A DNA stretch of 64,000 nucleotides, taken from the NCBI RefSeq assembly GCF_030144855.1, contig NC_082738.1, positions 43,152,001-43,216,000 of the forward strand. Reading direction: 5' to 3'. This stretch comes from Hypanus sabinus. Taxonomy: Eukaryota. Both the position numbers and the translations under genes were made by a program. Below the pieces are notes generated by a model. The model was given only the letters and a program-made list of their open reading frames with translations. It was not told the origin of the DNA and made no database searches. Positions 11,310-23,700 of the stretch are shown in pieces (the first letter of the stretch is position 1; every line of letters starts with the position of its first letter).

Positions 11310-11859
11310 TATATCTTGTGTGTGACATTCAACACACTTCTATATGCTTTGTGGATGAGATACTTCTATCCAGTATTGCTTTGTTTCAGAAATAACCACT
11401 GACTGAGGTTCAAAGCTTTTTTTTGACTTGAGAATGTCAAAAACATTCTCAGCTCTGTTCAACTAAAGTTTAGACACTCAATTTATTTTTTTTTTAACTG
11501 ACCCTAAAATAAAACAGTGCTTGGATGCTAGACCTAGCTGTTGCCTTTCCTTGCTCAACAGAAACTTGTTTGAATCCAACCAGAAATCACTGGTAGTACA
11601 AGGGTGTCCACAGCTGTAGCCTTGCCATAGCTTTATGCATACGAGTCCACAGTTTATAAGCCTGCATAACTTATTCTTGCTTCTGCAAAAAATCTACATC
11701 AATTGCTATAAAAATTGTTGCTCAAGGATAATATTGGTGGACAGGTGAGAAGAGCAGTTGCTCAGGGACTTGGATCAATTCCATCATTTAATTAGATCAT
11801 GGGCAACCTAACCGAACACCAAATATTTCACTTATTTCCCATATTTGCCAGTGGGCCTG

Positions 11860-12540
11860 TGGTGCCATGAAGTCATTAAGCCTGGGAATGGGTCGTTTGG
11901 GTCAACTGGTCCATGCCGACCAAAATGGCCATTCAAGCTAGTCTCATTTGCCCATATCCTTCTAAACCTTTCTTACTCATTGTACCTGTACAACAGTCTC
12001 TTAAAAGTTGTTATTGTACCTGCATCAACCATTTTCTCTGGCAGCTCATTCCAGATATATATCACCCTCTGTATACATTTAAAAAAAAATGCATCTCAAG
12101 TTCCTATTCGATCTTTCCCCTCTCACATTAAACCGCTAGTTCTTGATTCCCCAACTCTAGAGGAAGCTCTTATTTGCCCTTTCTATGCCCGTCATTATTT
12201 TATATACTACTTAAGATCACCCCATCTTCCTATAGTTCATGGAAAATATATTCTTAGCCTGCCCAGCCTTTTCCTATAACTCATTTCCTTATGTCCTGGC
12301 AACATCCCTTGTAAATCATTTCAGCACTCTACACTTTACTTAACATCTTTTTTTATATAGCAGAGTGACCAAAACTGAACACAATACAAAGTGGCCTCAC
12401 CAACACCTTGTTCAAATGTCACTTAACCTTCTAACTTCCATACCCATTCTAACTGGTGGCAAATTAAGGGAATTGTGCACCTGAATTCCAAGCTCCCTGT
12501 TCTATAATGCTTCCCAGAGCCCTGTTGTTCTCTAGTGATT
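11860..12540 (-). mobile_element. Old CR1 LINE 3' fragment
   Basis: Degenerate reverse-complement CR1 ORF2 C-terminus (GACCAAAACTGAACACAATAC = YCVQFW) and 3' UTR. Confidence 0.75.
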
Positions 12541-12934
12541 CAAGAATTGATGTCATCACCTTAAACATCTTGAGATGAGCACTAAATCCTTGTCTTGTTA
12601 AAGAATTTTAAAAATAAGTAAAATTTCAGTTAATGAAAATCTTTCTTGTATTTTCAGTTCAGTTTAACAATTGTTGTAGTGTTCGTGCCATTCGAGCCAA
12701 AATACTCCCATCCTTTGTAGAATTGTTTCCGAAGTTTTCTTAGATCTAATTTTAATTCTCAGGCTCTGCTTTCTCATGTTAAATTCCACATTTTCAGAAT
12801 TAGTTTTTCTTTATTAAGTCAGTTTCCCTTTTATCTTGAAAACTTAATTGACTAATATTTTAGTTTCCATGGAATGAGGTCCTAGTTTGTTGATTTAAAA
12901 AAAAATTATTTACTTAACCCTAATGTAGTGTATG

Positions 12935-13220
12935 TGTGGTGCGTGGCCAAGTATTTAAGGCGTTGGACTAGCGATCTGAAGGTCGTGAGTTTGAGCCACA
13001 GCCGAGGCTGCATGTTGTATCCTTGAGCAAGACACTTAACCACACACTGCTCCAGTCCACCCAGCTGAAAATGGGTAGTGGCAAAATGCTGGGGGTTAAC
13101 CTCGCGATAGATTGGCGTCCTATCCAGGGGTGAGTCTCGTACACTCAGTCGCTTCACGCCACAGAAACTGGCATAAGCACTGGCCTGATGAGCCTATAAG
13201 GCTCGGGACAGACTTTAACT
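12935..13220 (+). mobile_element. Full-length tRNA-derived SINE with CORE-like domain
   Basis: A box TGGCCAAGT, B-box-like GTGAGTTTGAGCC, CORE-like TCCTTGAGCAAGACACTTAACC, 3' hairpin GAGCC-TATAA-GGCTC, 14-bp TSD TAAT(G/A)TAGTGTATG at 12921-12934 and 13221-13234. Confidence 0.9.
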
Positions 13221-13462
13221 TAATATAGTGTATGAAATATATTTGGGGGGTGGGGTAGAAAGAATTCAATTTTCACTTAGCACTTTTATTTTTACATTCA
13301 TCTCAGAGATCATTTCACTTTCATTGTTGATTTCCTCTTTCTCTTCAAAGACTTTGAATATTTTAGGTTATGCATATTTGAAAATATTTTTTCAAGTAAT
13401 GGTTTGAGATAGCTTATGTCTTGCATTTACATTATGTTATGTGTTTAATCTGTTGTTTGTAG

Positions 13463-13639
<177 letters not shown>

Positions 13640-13671
13640 TGAGAATTTCTAAACATGAGTATGATGTTTAG

Positions 13672-16225
13672 ATATAGTCAGAAAAGTAGGGCACAGAAAC
13701 AGACACTTAATCTCATCTAGTCTGTGCCAAACCATTTTAAATTGTTTACGCCCAATGACCTGCACCTGAACCATAAACCTCTATACCCCTACCATCCATG
13801 TATCCAAAATTATTTTAAACATTGAGGTCAAGTTTGCATACATGATTTGGGCAGGCAGCTTGTTCCAATCTCACTACTTTCTGAGTGAAGAAGTTTCCAA
13901 TGTTCCCCTTAAAACTTTTTACCTTTCACCCTTAACCTATACATTTTAGTTGTAGACTTACCCAACCTCAGTGGAAAAAGCCTGCTTGCATTTGCCCTAT
14001 CTATACCACTCATAATTTTGTATACCTCTTATCAAATCTCCCTTCATTGTCCTACATTCCAAAGAATAATGTGATAACCTATTCAATGTTTTCTTAGAAT
14101 TCTGGTATTCTGGTCCAAATAACATTATTATAATTTTTTTTTGTATACTTTCAACCTTATTTACATCTTTCCTGTAGGCAGGTGACCAAAACTGCACATA
14201 ATACTCCCAATTAGGCCTCATCAATGTCTTACACAACTTCAGTATAACATCCCATCTCCTGTACTCAATACATGGGCATGGGCATATTGGCCTTCATAAA
14301 TCAAAAGCTTTCTTTACAACCCTATCTACTTGTGCCAACACTTTCAATGAGTTATGGACCTGTATTCCCAGATCCCTTTGTTCTACCACACTCATCAGTG
14401 CCCTACTCTTCAGTGTATAAGACCTACCTTGATTGGTCCTTCTGAAGTGCAACACCTCACTCTTGTCTGCAGTAAGCTCTGTCTGCCATTTCTCAGCCCA
14501 TTTTTCCACCTGGTCCAGATCCTGTTGCAAGCTCTAGTAGTCTTCCTTGCTGATTCCACTACACACCCAGTCTTGGTGTCGTTAGCAAATTTGCTGATCC
14601 GGTTAACCACATTATCATCGAGGTCAAGTACCATGTTAAACTGTAAAATCTTTCTATTTCTGGCCTCACTAGCACATGGCATAGGTAGCAATCCTGAGAT
14701 GACAACCTTGGAAGTCCTGTCCTTCAACTTAACACCTAACTCCCTGAACCTGCAGAATCTTGTCACTCTTCCCAACTGTGTCATTGGTGTTTACATGGAC
14801 CACAACCCCTGGCTGCTCACCTTCCCACTTAAGAATGTTGAGGACTTCATCTAAGATGTCCCAGACCATGACATCCAGGAAGCAACATACTATCTAGGAG
14901 TCTCATTTTTGTCCGAAGAACCTCTTTTCAGTTCCTCTAACTAATGAATTCCCTATCACCACAGCTTTCCTCTTCTTCACACCCTCCCCCTTCCCTTCTG
15001 TGTCACAGAGACAGACTCAGTGTCAGAGACCTGTTTGCTGTGACTTTCCACTGCTAGGTTATCACCTGCAACAGAATTCAAAGTGATACACCTGTTGTTC
15101 AAGGGGAGTGGTCACAGCGGGTACCCTGCACTGGCTTCTCAAACACCTATCCCTTTTCTGACTGTAACCCAGTCTCCTGTGTCCTGCACCTTGGGTATAA
15201 CTGCCTCTCTATATGTCCTGTCAATCACCCCTCAGACTCCCAAATGATTCAAATTTCATCCAATTCCAGCTCCAACTCCTTAATGTGATTTGTTAGAAGC
15301 TGTAGCTGGATGCACTCCTTGCCAGTGTAGTCTTCAAGTACACTGGAGGTCACCTTGCCTTCCCACATTCCGCAAGAGGAGCATTCAACTATCCTGCCCT
15401 GTTCTAACTGGGCAAATAAAGAAAGGAAAACAAATGACTGGGGGGGGGGGGGGGGGGCGGCGGGGGAGGAGAGGAGAATTCTGCCTACAGCTTTTTTCTC
15501 TCTCTCAAGCATCTCCTCACTGAAGCTAAAGCCTCAAAATCTCCACTCTAACACTGTCCATTTTAACATGGGTCACTCTGCTTGCCCTTGTCTCATTGCC
15601 AATCAATCCTGATTGCTGATCGGCTGCTGCTCAAAGCACCAAATTGCTGCTAATTGACGCCTTATGTACTCAATTGGTGAACCTGAGTGAGCTACGCCTT
15701 CTCATGTTCCAATTGCTGATTGGCCGCTGCTCAAAGCACCAAACTGTCGCAAATTGACGCCTTGTGTACTCAATCGGTGAACCTGAGTGAGCTACGCCTT
15801 CTCATGTTCCAATTGCTGATTGGCCGCTGCTCAAAGCACCAAATTGCTGCTAATTGACGCCTTATGTACTCAATTGGTGAACCTGAGTGAGCTACGCCTT
15901 CTCATGTTCCAATTGCTGATTGGCCGCTGCTCAAAGCACCAAATTGCTGCTAATTGACGCCTTATGTACTCAATTGGTGAACCTGAGTGAGCTACGCCTT
16001 CTCGTGTTCCAATTGCTGATTGGCCGCTGCTCAAAGCACCAAACTGTCGCAAATTGACGCCATGTGTACTCAATCGGTGAACCTGAGTGAGCTACGCCTT
16101 CTCGTGTTCCAATTGCTGATTGGTCGCTGCTCAAAACACCAAACTGCCGCAAATAAATGCCTTATGTACTCAGTTGGCGAACCTGAGTAAGCTATATCTT
16201 CTCGTACTTCCAATCGCTGCTCAAA
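13672..16225 (-). mobile_element. Internally deleted CR1 LINE retaining 5' UTR, ORF1 and ORF2 3' end
   Basis: ORF1 zinc-finger/coiled-coil remnant (VECSSCGMWE...CIQLQLL..IKELELELD) and esterase-like segment (SKVVISGLLP) joined near 14626 to the RT end (DLDD..ISKFANDTK, EYYVQFWSP). Confidence 0.88.
15611..16225 (-). repeat. Tandem array of ~6 x 100-bp monomers
   Basis: TCAAAGCACC recurs at 15631, 15731, 15831, 15931, 16031 and (variant) 16131; two unit subtypes. Confidence 0.95.
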
Positions 16226-16389
16226 AAAAAACTTGCTTTTTGTGGTTAGTTTTATTCCAGGTTACAAACAATGAGTAAGATTCCAAGTGAAAGTATTTCT
16301 CACATCTTAAGTATATCATTAGCTTTTAGTATCTGTTTCTAATAGCACATAATACTCGAATATTAAACAAAATTAAGGAAGATTGTGCC

Positions 16390-16660
16390 TTTAGCTACAA
16401 GGGCAGTAGAAGTTTGGAACATGGCCACATGAACCTTGTATCCACCAAGCCACACACCATCTTGACTTGGAAACATTGTATTTTCTTCACTGTTGCTGAC
16501 ACAAAGTTCTGGATGTCCTTAATAGCCTTGTGGGATACCAAGGACTGCACTTGTTCAAGAAGACACCACCGCCACCCCCACCACCTCAAGTGCAACTTGG
16601 GATAGGCTTTTAAATGCTGGCTCACCATGTGAAATCCCATCCCCAGAATGAACAAAAAAT
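16390..16660 (+). mobile_element. 3' end of a second CR1-clade LINE family
   Basis: CCAAGCCACACACCATC...CTCAAGTGCAAC...TAAATGCTGGC tail, homologous to ~21070-21300. Confidence 0.7.
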
Positions 16661-16967
16661 ACATTGAAGTACTCTTACAGCTGCGCCATTTTGCCTCTGA
16701 GATAATAATGTAACAAATGCAAAGGCTGACTTTTTAATGAGCTGTGGAGGTTGGAGCTTGCTAAAAAGAGTAATATTAAAGATAGACATACTGGCTTATC
16801 AATTACAAATAAGAAATTTTTTAGAATTTATCCCCCATGCCAAGTTCCTTGACCTTGTATTATAAAGTGACATTGTACTATAATTACTTTTTAAAAATTT
16901 TGTTGGTGAAATGAAGATTGTCAGCAATCATTAATATTTGTGTCTTTGGTTTGCAAAATGCATTGAC

Positions 16968-17490
16968 CATAAGACACGAGCAGAGTTAAGCCTCTTGGCC
17001 CATCGATCGTAGCTGATTTATTATCCCATCCCTTTCAACTCCATTTTTGTCCCTACTCCCCATAGCCTTTGTTGTTCTTACTAATCAAGAATGCATTAAT
17101 CTCTGCTTTAAATATACCCAATGACTTGACTTTCACAGTCATTTGTGGCAATGAGACCCACAGATTCACCACTCTCTGCCTAAAGATATTCCACCTCATC
17201 TCTGTTCTAAAGGGACATCCTTGTATTCTGAGGCTGTGCCCTCTGGTCCTAGACTACCCTCTAAACATTCACTCTATCGAGGCCTTTCAAGATTCAATAG
17301 ATTTCAATAAGACCCCTCATTCTTCCAAACTCCAGTGAGTACAGACCCAGAGTCATCAAATGTTTCTCACATTGTTAACCCTTTCATTTCTGGGATAATT
17401 CTCATGAACCACCTTTGGGTTGTCTCCAGTGCCGACACATCCTTTCTTAGATAAGGGCCCAAAATGGCTCACAATACTTCAAATGACCAA
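16968..17490 (-). mobile_element. CR1 LINE 3' fragment
   Basis: Starts with CCATAAGAC tail; reverse-complement ORF2 C-terminus. Confidence 0.85.
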
Positions 17491-18399
17491 ATGGGCAATA
17501 ATTGGGTTGATAAAAATAATTCCCATTTGCAATACTTAACCTTCTAAGAAAGTAACTATACTGGCACATATTTTTTTGTGATTGCACATGTATGCTGTGC
17601 CCAGGACAAGTCATCTGATACGGTAACACCCAGGAATGTAAAATGTGTGTAATATCTAGGAATTCAGGTCAAGACTTTATTCAATTCCTAACAGTTGTAT
17701 CTGGTTTAAGATTTTTATTTTCTTTAATCCAATCATTTGCGCGCATAGAACAAGATATAAAGTTAGAGCAATGGGAATGGCGTTTAAACTGAGTAGCAGA
17801 TCTCCCTCTTAAGATCTCCAATAAATAGAAGATGCAAAAAAAAAGTCAATTTGTTCAGTGGACTATACCAAATGCCTTTTAGGCCATAGAGACAGTAGCT
17901 GCCCAGACATCAATCTTTTTCATAAGTGCTTTCATTTAAACTGGAAGCTGATTACATATGTCACAATTCTGACATTTCAATTTGCTAACCATAGCAAAAG
18001 ATCTTAACAACTCTTTAACGAAAATCCTTAACAGAACCAGATTAGGCCGCGTTGTAAAAAGGTAATTATTTTTATGAACCTAACTGTTGCCTAGTTACTG
18101 GACTGAAAATCTGCCAGTCCAATTTACAGAGCAAAGAGGCAAGCATTTAAAGTTTGCTGTGAGAAACTAATGTACCAAGTGTTTTAATTGATTGGGTAGG
18201 ATTTTAAGTTAATTTTGCTTAATTTTTTTTTGATTTAAATTAATTTTAGTTTTATTAAGACAGTCATATAGACAGGATTATGTATTTCTCAGTTAAGTTA
18301 TTTAAAGCCAAATTTCAATAGTCTTGCACTAATTCATTTGACTGAATTTCACCTCAGAAAGAACCATTGCATCAAAGTGAAAGATACACTTCTAAGAAA

Positions 18400-18760
18400 A
18401 TTTCATATTTGAGGTGAATTTAGTGTTGATTCTGGGATGTTGGCCAGGGAGAGGATGCTGATGTTGGTTTGCATATTCTTTCAGCAGTTTGACGGAATTT
18501 TCAGAGGCTGCTTTTAGGTGCCAGCTGTAAGTAATCAGAGATTGCTGCTGCCTGCTAGACCATGAATATTGTGCTGGATTTGAAGTCTTGATCTTCCAAC
18601 ACCCTTTATTGCTGTCTAAAGGCAAAGCAAAATCCATCATCATTGTCTTCCTTCCTTCTTTAAGAACTGGCTTCTGTGATACTGGAAGTTGTCCATGTTT
18701 TCAGAGTTAACGTGAGCCATTTTAGTAAGAAGGCAAATGTAAATTGGGAGCAGGTCAGTA
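18400..18760 (-). mobile_element. Ancient RTE-clade LINE remnant
   Basis: Frameshifted minus-strand pieces resemble RTE ORF motifs ENVDHFPYLGS, RVFEDQDLKS.TK.MVY, RHLKA and TNISVL..ANIP. Confidence 0.6.
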
Positions 18761-20019
18761 CTGCACCTCTTATGGACATTAAGAACCATCTACAGTATCT
18801 ACAGTTCATTGATGGAATCAACAGTGATTTGGATCTGAGTGTTGTGGAAAAAAAAATCTCAGCAGAAACAGACAGAATAGATCAGGCCGACTCAAAATTG
18901 TTTCGGACTAAAGGGTATTATTTACATGATATCATGGAGAGCCCAGACACCTATAGGGGAATTCTGAAACTGCTCAACAATGGATTAGACTTTTATTTAT
19001 ACCTCAGGCGTACATGACAAGAAGCACTAAAATCTGAAAAAGGAGGGAATTTCAACTACAACTCGTTAGAATAGTGAAGTTGCACTATATGTCCTTGAGC
19101 GGTTATACATTTTATCATCTCAGGACAGTATATCAGGCTTTCCCAAGGACAGACATGTGCTGATTCTTAGAACAAGGAAGCAAAGACAGTTATTTTCCTA
19201 TCCCATCTACAAAACACATTTCAGTCACACAGTGTACATTAGTCGCAGATAAGTGATTAGAGACTTTGAATTCACATACTAGAAGAAGGTCACTAACCCC
19301 TTAATGTTTGTCACAATGTCTTACTATTTTTCTTCCACACTGAGTCTCCAAATTTGTGCAAATATAAATGTCATCTGAGTACTGCCTTCAAATACTAAGG
19401 TTGTGTGACCTTGGTTTTGGAGTATAAGCTGCATAGATTGAACAGTTCCTCGTTTATCCAGTTGATTAGTTCTACTCAGCCAAGTACACCTGCTTCTGCA
19501 GCATCAGCCATTCACTTTCAGCAAGTGATTGGGTACGGTATCCTTGCACCTCTGGTAGAACATGGTTGGGAACATGTCTGGGAATATGGCCAGATATGTC
19601 AAATATTCAATGGGGAGAAGAGTGAAAGGGCTGAAGGAGTGGGATCTTTCAGAGTGGAAGGAAGGTGGGGACAATAATAAAAAAAAATTAAGGAACAAGA
19701 AGGATTAAGGGTCATACAAGAAGGTGGGATAGAGAAGCGAAGATTATGATAGCAAATTCCATATACAATTCAGATGTGACCAGTTGAATATTTTTAGATG
19801 TATCAGTTAAAAGATGTTTTAATAAACCGCAGCATGAGGTGATTGACATTTTCCTGAGTAATTGGAACAGATGTTAAAGCTACAGCTTTCTGTCCTATGG
19901 CTGATGTCTTTGGCAGTGATGCATTCCCTTTAATTTGCCTAAACTTCTCTTTTTCCAACATGGGTGTTTGTTTTAAAGTGTACTGAGAATCTCAGTCATC
20001 AGCAAAGTAATGGGGTCAT

Positions 20020-21300
20020 CAAGAGTGCTATCATACAGCACCTATTCGGGATGCTCAGTTTGGGTTCCGTCAAGACCACTCCGTTCCTGACTGCATCACT
20101 TCCTTGGTCCAAACATGGACCAAAGAGCTAAATACCAGAGCTGAGATGAGAGTGATAGTCCTCGACATCAAGGCCACATTTGACTGAGTATAGCAGCAAG
20201 GTGCTCGAGCTAAAATGGAGTCATTGGGAATTGGGGGGAAACCCTCCACTGGTTGGAATCATACCTGACACAAAGCAAGATGGTTGGGGTGATTGGAGGT
20301 CAATCATCTGATCCTCAGGACACCACGACAGGACTTCCTCAGGGAGGTGTCCTAGGACAACCATTTTCAGCTGTTTCATCGATGACCTTCCTTCCGTCAT
20401 AAGTGGGGATGCTCGCAGGTAACTGCACTATTTGTGACTCCTCAGATAGTGAAGCAGTTCATGCCTAAATGCAGCAGGACCTGGACAATATCCAGGCTTG
20501 AGCTGATAAATGGCAAGTAACATTCGAACTACTTAAGGTCAGGCATTGACCATCTCAAACATGAAAGGCTCTAACCATCGTTCCTTGACATACAGTGCCA
20601 TCACTATCACTGAATCCTCTACCATCAACATCCTGGGGGTTACCATTGACAGGAAACTGAACTGGTCTAGTAATATAAACACTGTGGCTACCAGAGCAGG
20701 TCAAAGGCTAGGAATCCTGTGGTGTGTAGCTCACCTGCTGACCCCCCCAAAGCCTGTTCACCATCTGCAAGGCTCAGATCAGGAGTGTAATGGAATATTC
20801 ACCACTCGCCTGGGTGAGTGCAGCTCCATCAACGCTCAAGAAGCTTGACACCATCCAGTACAAGGCAGTCCACTTGATCGTTACCCCTTCCACAAGCATC
20901 CAATCCCTCCACCATCGATGAACAGTTCCAACACCTTCCAGCACAGTTTACAAGATGCACTGCAACAGCACACCAAAGTTCCTAAGGCAGCACCCTCCAG
21001 ACCCACAACCACTGCCATCCAGAAGGATGAGAACAGCAGATACTTGAGAACACCACCACTAGGAAATCCCCCTCCAAGTCACTCACCATTCTGTCTTGGA
21101 AACATTTTGCTGTTCCATCATTGTCACTGGGTCAAAATTATAGAATTCCCTCCCTAACAGCACTGTGGGTGTACCTACACCTCAGGGACTGCAGTGGACT
21201 GAAGGCAGCACAACACCACCTTCTCAAGGGCAACTTGAAAGGGGCAATAAATGCTGGCTTCGCTGGCGACCCCCATATCCCATAAGTGAATTTTTAAAAA
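20020..21300 (+). mobile_element. CR1-clade LINE fragment (RT to 3' tail)
   Basis: LDIKATFD, PQGGVLG, FIDDL, ILGVTIDRKLNWSSNINTVATRAGQRLGIL with stops and frameshifts. Confidence 0.85.
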
Positions 21301-21392
21301 TGCATCTGATTTTCACTATATAATGGTGTAAAAGTTGCTAATGTTCACAGACTATTTAAAAATAAATTAATTAAACTGTTTCTCTCTTTCAG

Positions 21393-21564
21393 AGCTCTCT
21401 GAAGTATTGTGGACTATGATTATGCACATTGGACTGTCAGTAAACAGCTTTGGTGGATCTTTTCTCCTTTTCTTCATTTTTGCTGGTTTTGCTGTGTTGA
21501 CAGTCGCAATTCTCCTTGTCATGGAGGGTCTTTCTGCATTTCTGCATGCCCTTCGTTTGCACTG
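21393..21564 (+). CDS. ATP6V0A1: ATP6V0A1 exon, 172 bp
   Basis: (Q)[56 protein letters not shown](W); AG/GTAAGA boundaries. Confidence 0.98.
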
Positions 21565-21724
21565 GTAAGATCGAGAATTCTAAATTCATTCCTCCTGACT
21601 GGAGTTAGCATATTCAAAACCTATTTTCTTTTAATCTGCTTAAACTTCTATTGGCTGAATGAATAAATACAATGGATGGTCAAATGTTGAACCATGCTCA
21701 TCAATGAGGTTTCATGATGTAGCC

Positions 21725-21990
21725 CCTGGACATCCCTTTAGAACAGATGAAGAGGAATTTCTTTAGTCAGGGGAAAGTGAATCTGTGGAATTCAGTGCCA
21801 CAGACTGCTACAGAGGCCAAGTCAATGGGTACATTTAAAGCAGAGGTTGATAGGTTTTGATTTCTAAGGGCATCAAAGGTTACAAGGTGGTTGCAGGAGA
21901 ACAGAGTTCAGGGGGAAAATAAATCAGGATCGAATGGTAGAGCAGACTTGATAGGCTGAATGGCCTACTTCTGCTCCTGTGTCTTATGGA
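21725..21990 (+). mobile_element. CR1 LINE 3' fragment
   Basis: RTDEEEFL/VNLWNS-type ORF2 end, then GGCCTACTTCTGCTCCTGTGTCTTATGG tail. Confidence 0.85.
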
Positions 21991-22959
21991 CTGTATTGAA
22001 TTCCAGCCTGTTGTCTGTGACTACCCTGTAATTCTGCACAGATATAGGTCACCTTCGCAGCTCTTTGATATCAGTTGGCCACAGGTCCTGATGCCTGTCT
22101 ATGTCACTGTGGAGTGGGCGGTAAGTAGTTATGTGGACTTGGTGTAAGTCCTGTGGCTCGGCCCTGTTGTTTCCTGATAGGCTTACCTGGCTTTTGTCAA
22201 GTCTTCACACTTTTTTAGATATGTGATAATAGCTATTTAAAAATGAGAACTAATTAAATTCTTATTCAAAATGATTAAAAATAAATTGTTTAGAAACCTT
22301 AAACTCCTAGAAATTTAACTACAAATAAAGATAAACCTAGATAGAAAAAAAACTAAACTTGTGTGCATAAGCGTTCTTAATCAAGTTCAGCAAACCCATT
22401 CAAATGAATGGAGTTGTCCTACTGACACCAGCCATCTCTGTAATAAAGCTGAAGATCCAAATGTCTGCATTGTAATGCTCAGGTGTTGAAGTCCGATGCG
22501 TTGTAGTCAGAAGTTCTCCGTGGAAGTGCTGTTATGGATGAGCATGACTCTAGCCCACGGTATCTTTTGTAGGGGAAAAGCATGATTGCTGTTTTTGGCT
22601 TGTATGTTCCTCTAAGGGGAAGATAACTACAAATCGTGCCACAACCTGAAATCACTTCTATTTTAAAGCTTAAAAATAATCATGGAGAATTAGTTAAAGA
22701 AAATAAAACCAGATGCATTATTCACTCGGAGTGTTGAGGATTGAGCCCTACTTGGTTGTGGTGTTCTGCATTTGAATAGCCTGATGCAACAGAAGCACTG
22801 GATTCATCAGTTAATATGCCACCATTTGATAATCAATACACCCAGGATACTGACCTGCATATACTTCCAAATTGTCCTTCAGAAATGGGTAGTGTACCAC
22901 ACGTTGAACCATTTCAGTTAGTATGGTATAGATATTTCCATTTTGTTGCAAGATAGAAA

Positions 22960-23700
22960 GTTCTTCTAAAACCCTCTTAAATGTTGCTAGCATATCTGCT
23001 TCTCTCACCTTCAAGGCAGCTACCACTTTGTGCGTAAAACAGAAACTTCCCTCAAACTTCCTCTGAGCGTTTACCACTCCTGACCTTAAACTTTTGCCCA
23101 AAAGTATTTGACATTTCCACCCTTGGAAAGGGACTCAAGCTATCTATCTTATTGATGCTCCTCATTATTTTATATACTATCAGATTACTCCTTGGCCTCC
23201 AATGTTTCATTCCAGGATTGTTTAACCCCTCCATGGAATGCACTGCAATCCATGCAGCCTCCTGGTGAGTCTCTTTTGCATGCTCTCGAAAGCCTCCATA
23301 TTCTTACTGCAGTGCGATTACCAGAACTACACATAATATTCAATGTAGTCTGATGACATAACTTGCCAGCATTTATATTCAACGCCCCAATTAATGAAGG
23401 CAAGCATGCCTTGTACTTTCTTTGCCCACCTTATATACTTCTCTCTACACTTTCAGGAAGTTATAGTCTTGTACCGTCAGATCCCTTTGTAGATCAATGT
23501 TTCTAAGGCTCCTGCATTTTACTTTATATTTTCCTCAAACAGTTAATCTCTCAAAGTGAATTAGCTCACTGTTCTCTGTATTAAGTTCCATCTGTCATCT
23601 CTCTGCCCAAATTTCCAGCTATTCTATATCCTGCTTATCCTTTGACAACCTTCCTTGCTGTCTGCAACTCCCATCAATTTTCGTGTTTGTGTGAGTTGTT
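22960..23700 (-). mobile_element. Old CR1 LINE fragment
   Basis: LIVYKIMRSINKID and FCFTHKVVAA remnants in minus-strand ORFs. Confidence 0.75.

Noticed and set aside
12935-13010. tRNA gene
   Set aside because: Degenerate tRNA-like head continuous with a SINE body and bounded by TSDs
13181-13212. CTGATGAGCC-TATAA-GGCTC as a hammerhead ribozyme
   Set aside because: No GAAA after the stem; better explained as the SINE's LINE-derived 3' stem-loop
15611-16225. Regularly spaced repeats as a CRISPR array
   Set aside because: The whole 100-bp unit repeats with no unique spacers, there are no cas genes, and the context is eukaryotic
18676-19017. 113-aa intronic ORF as a nested gene
   Set aside because: Non-ATG start, no recognisable domain, and it partly overlaps an antisense RTE remnant
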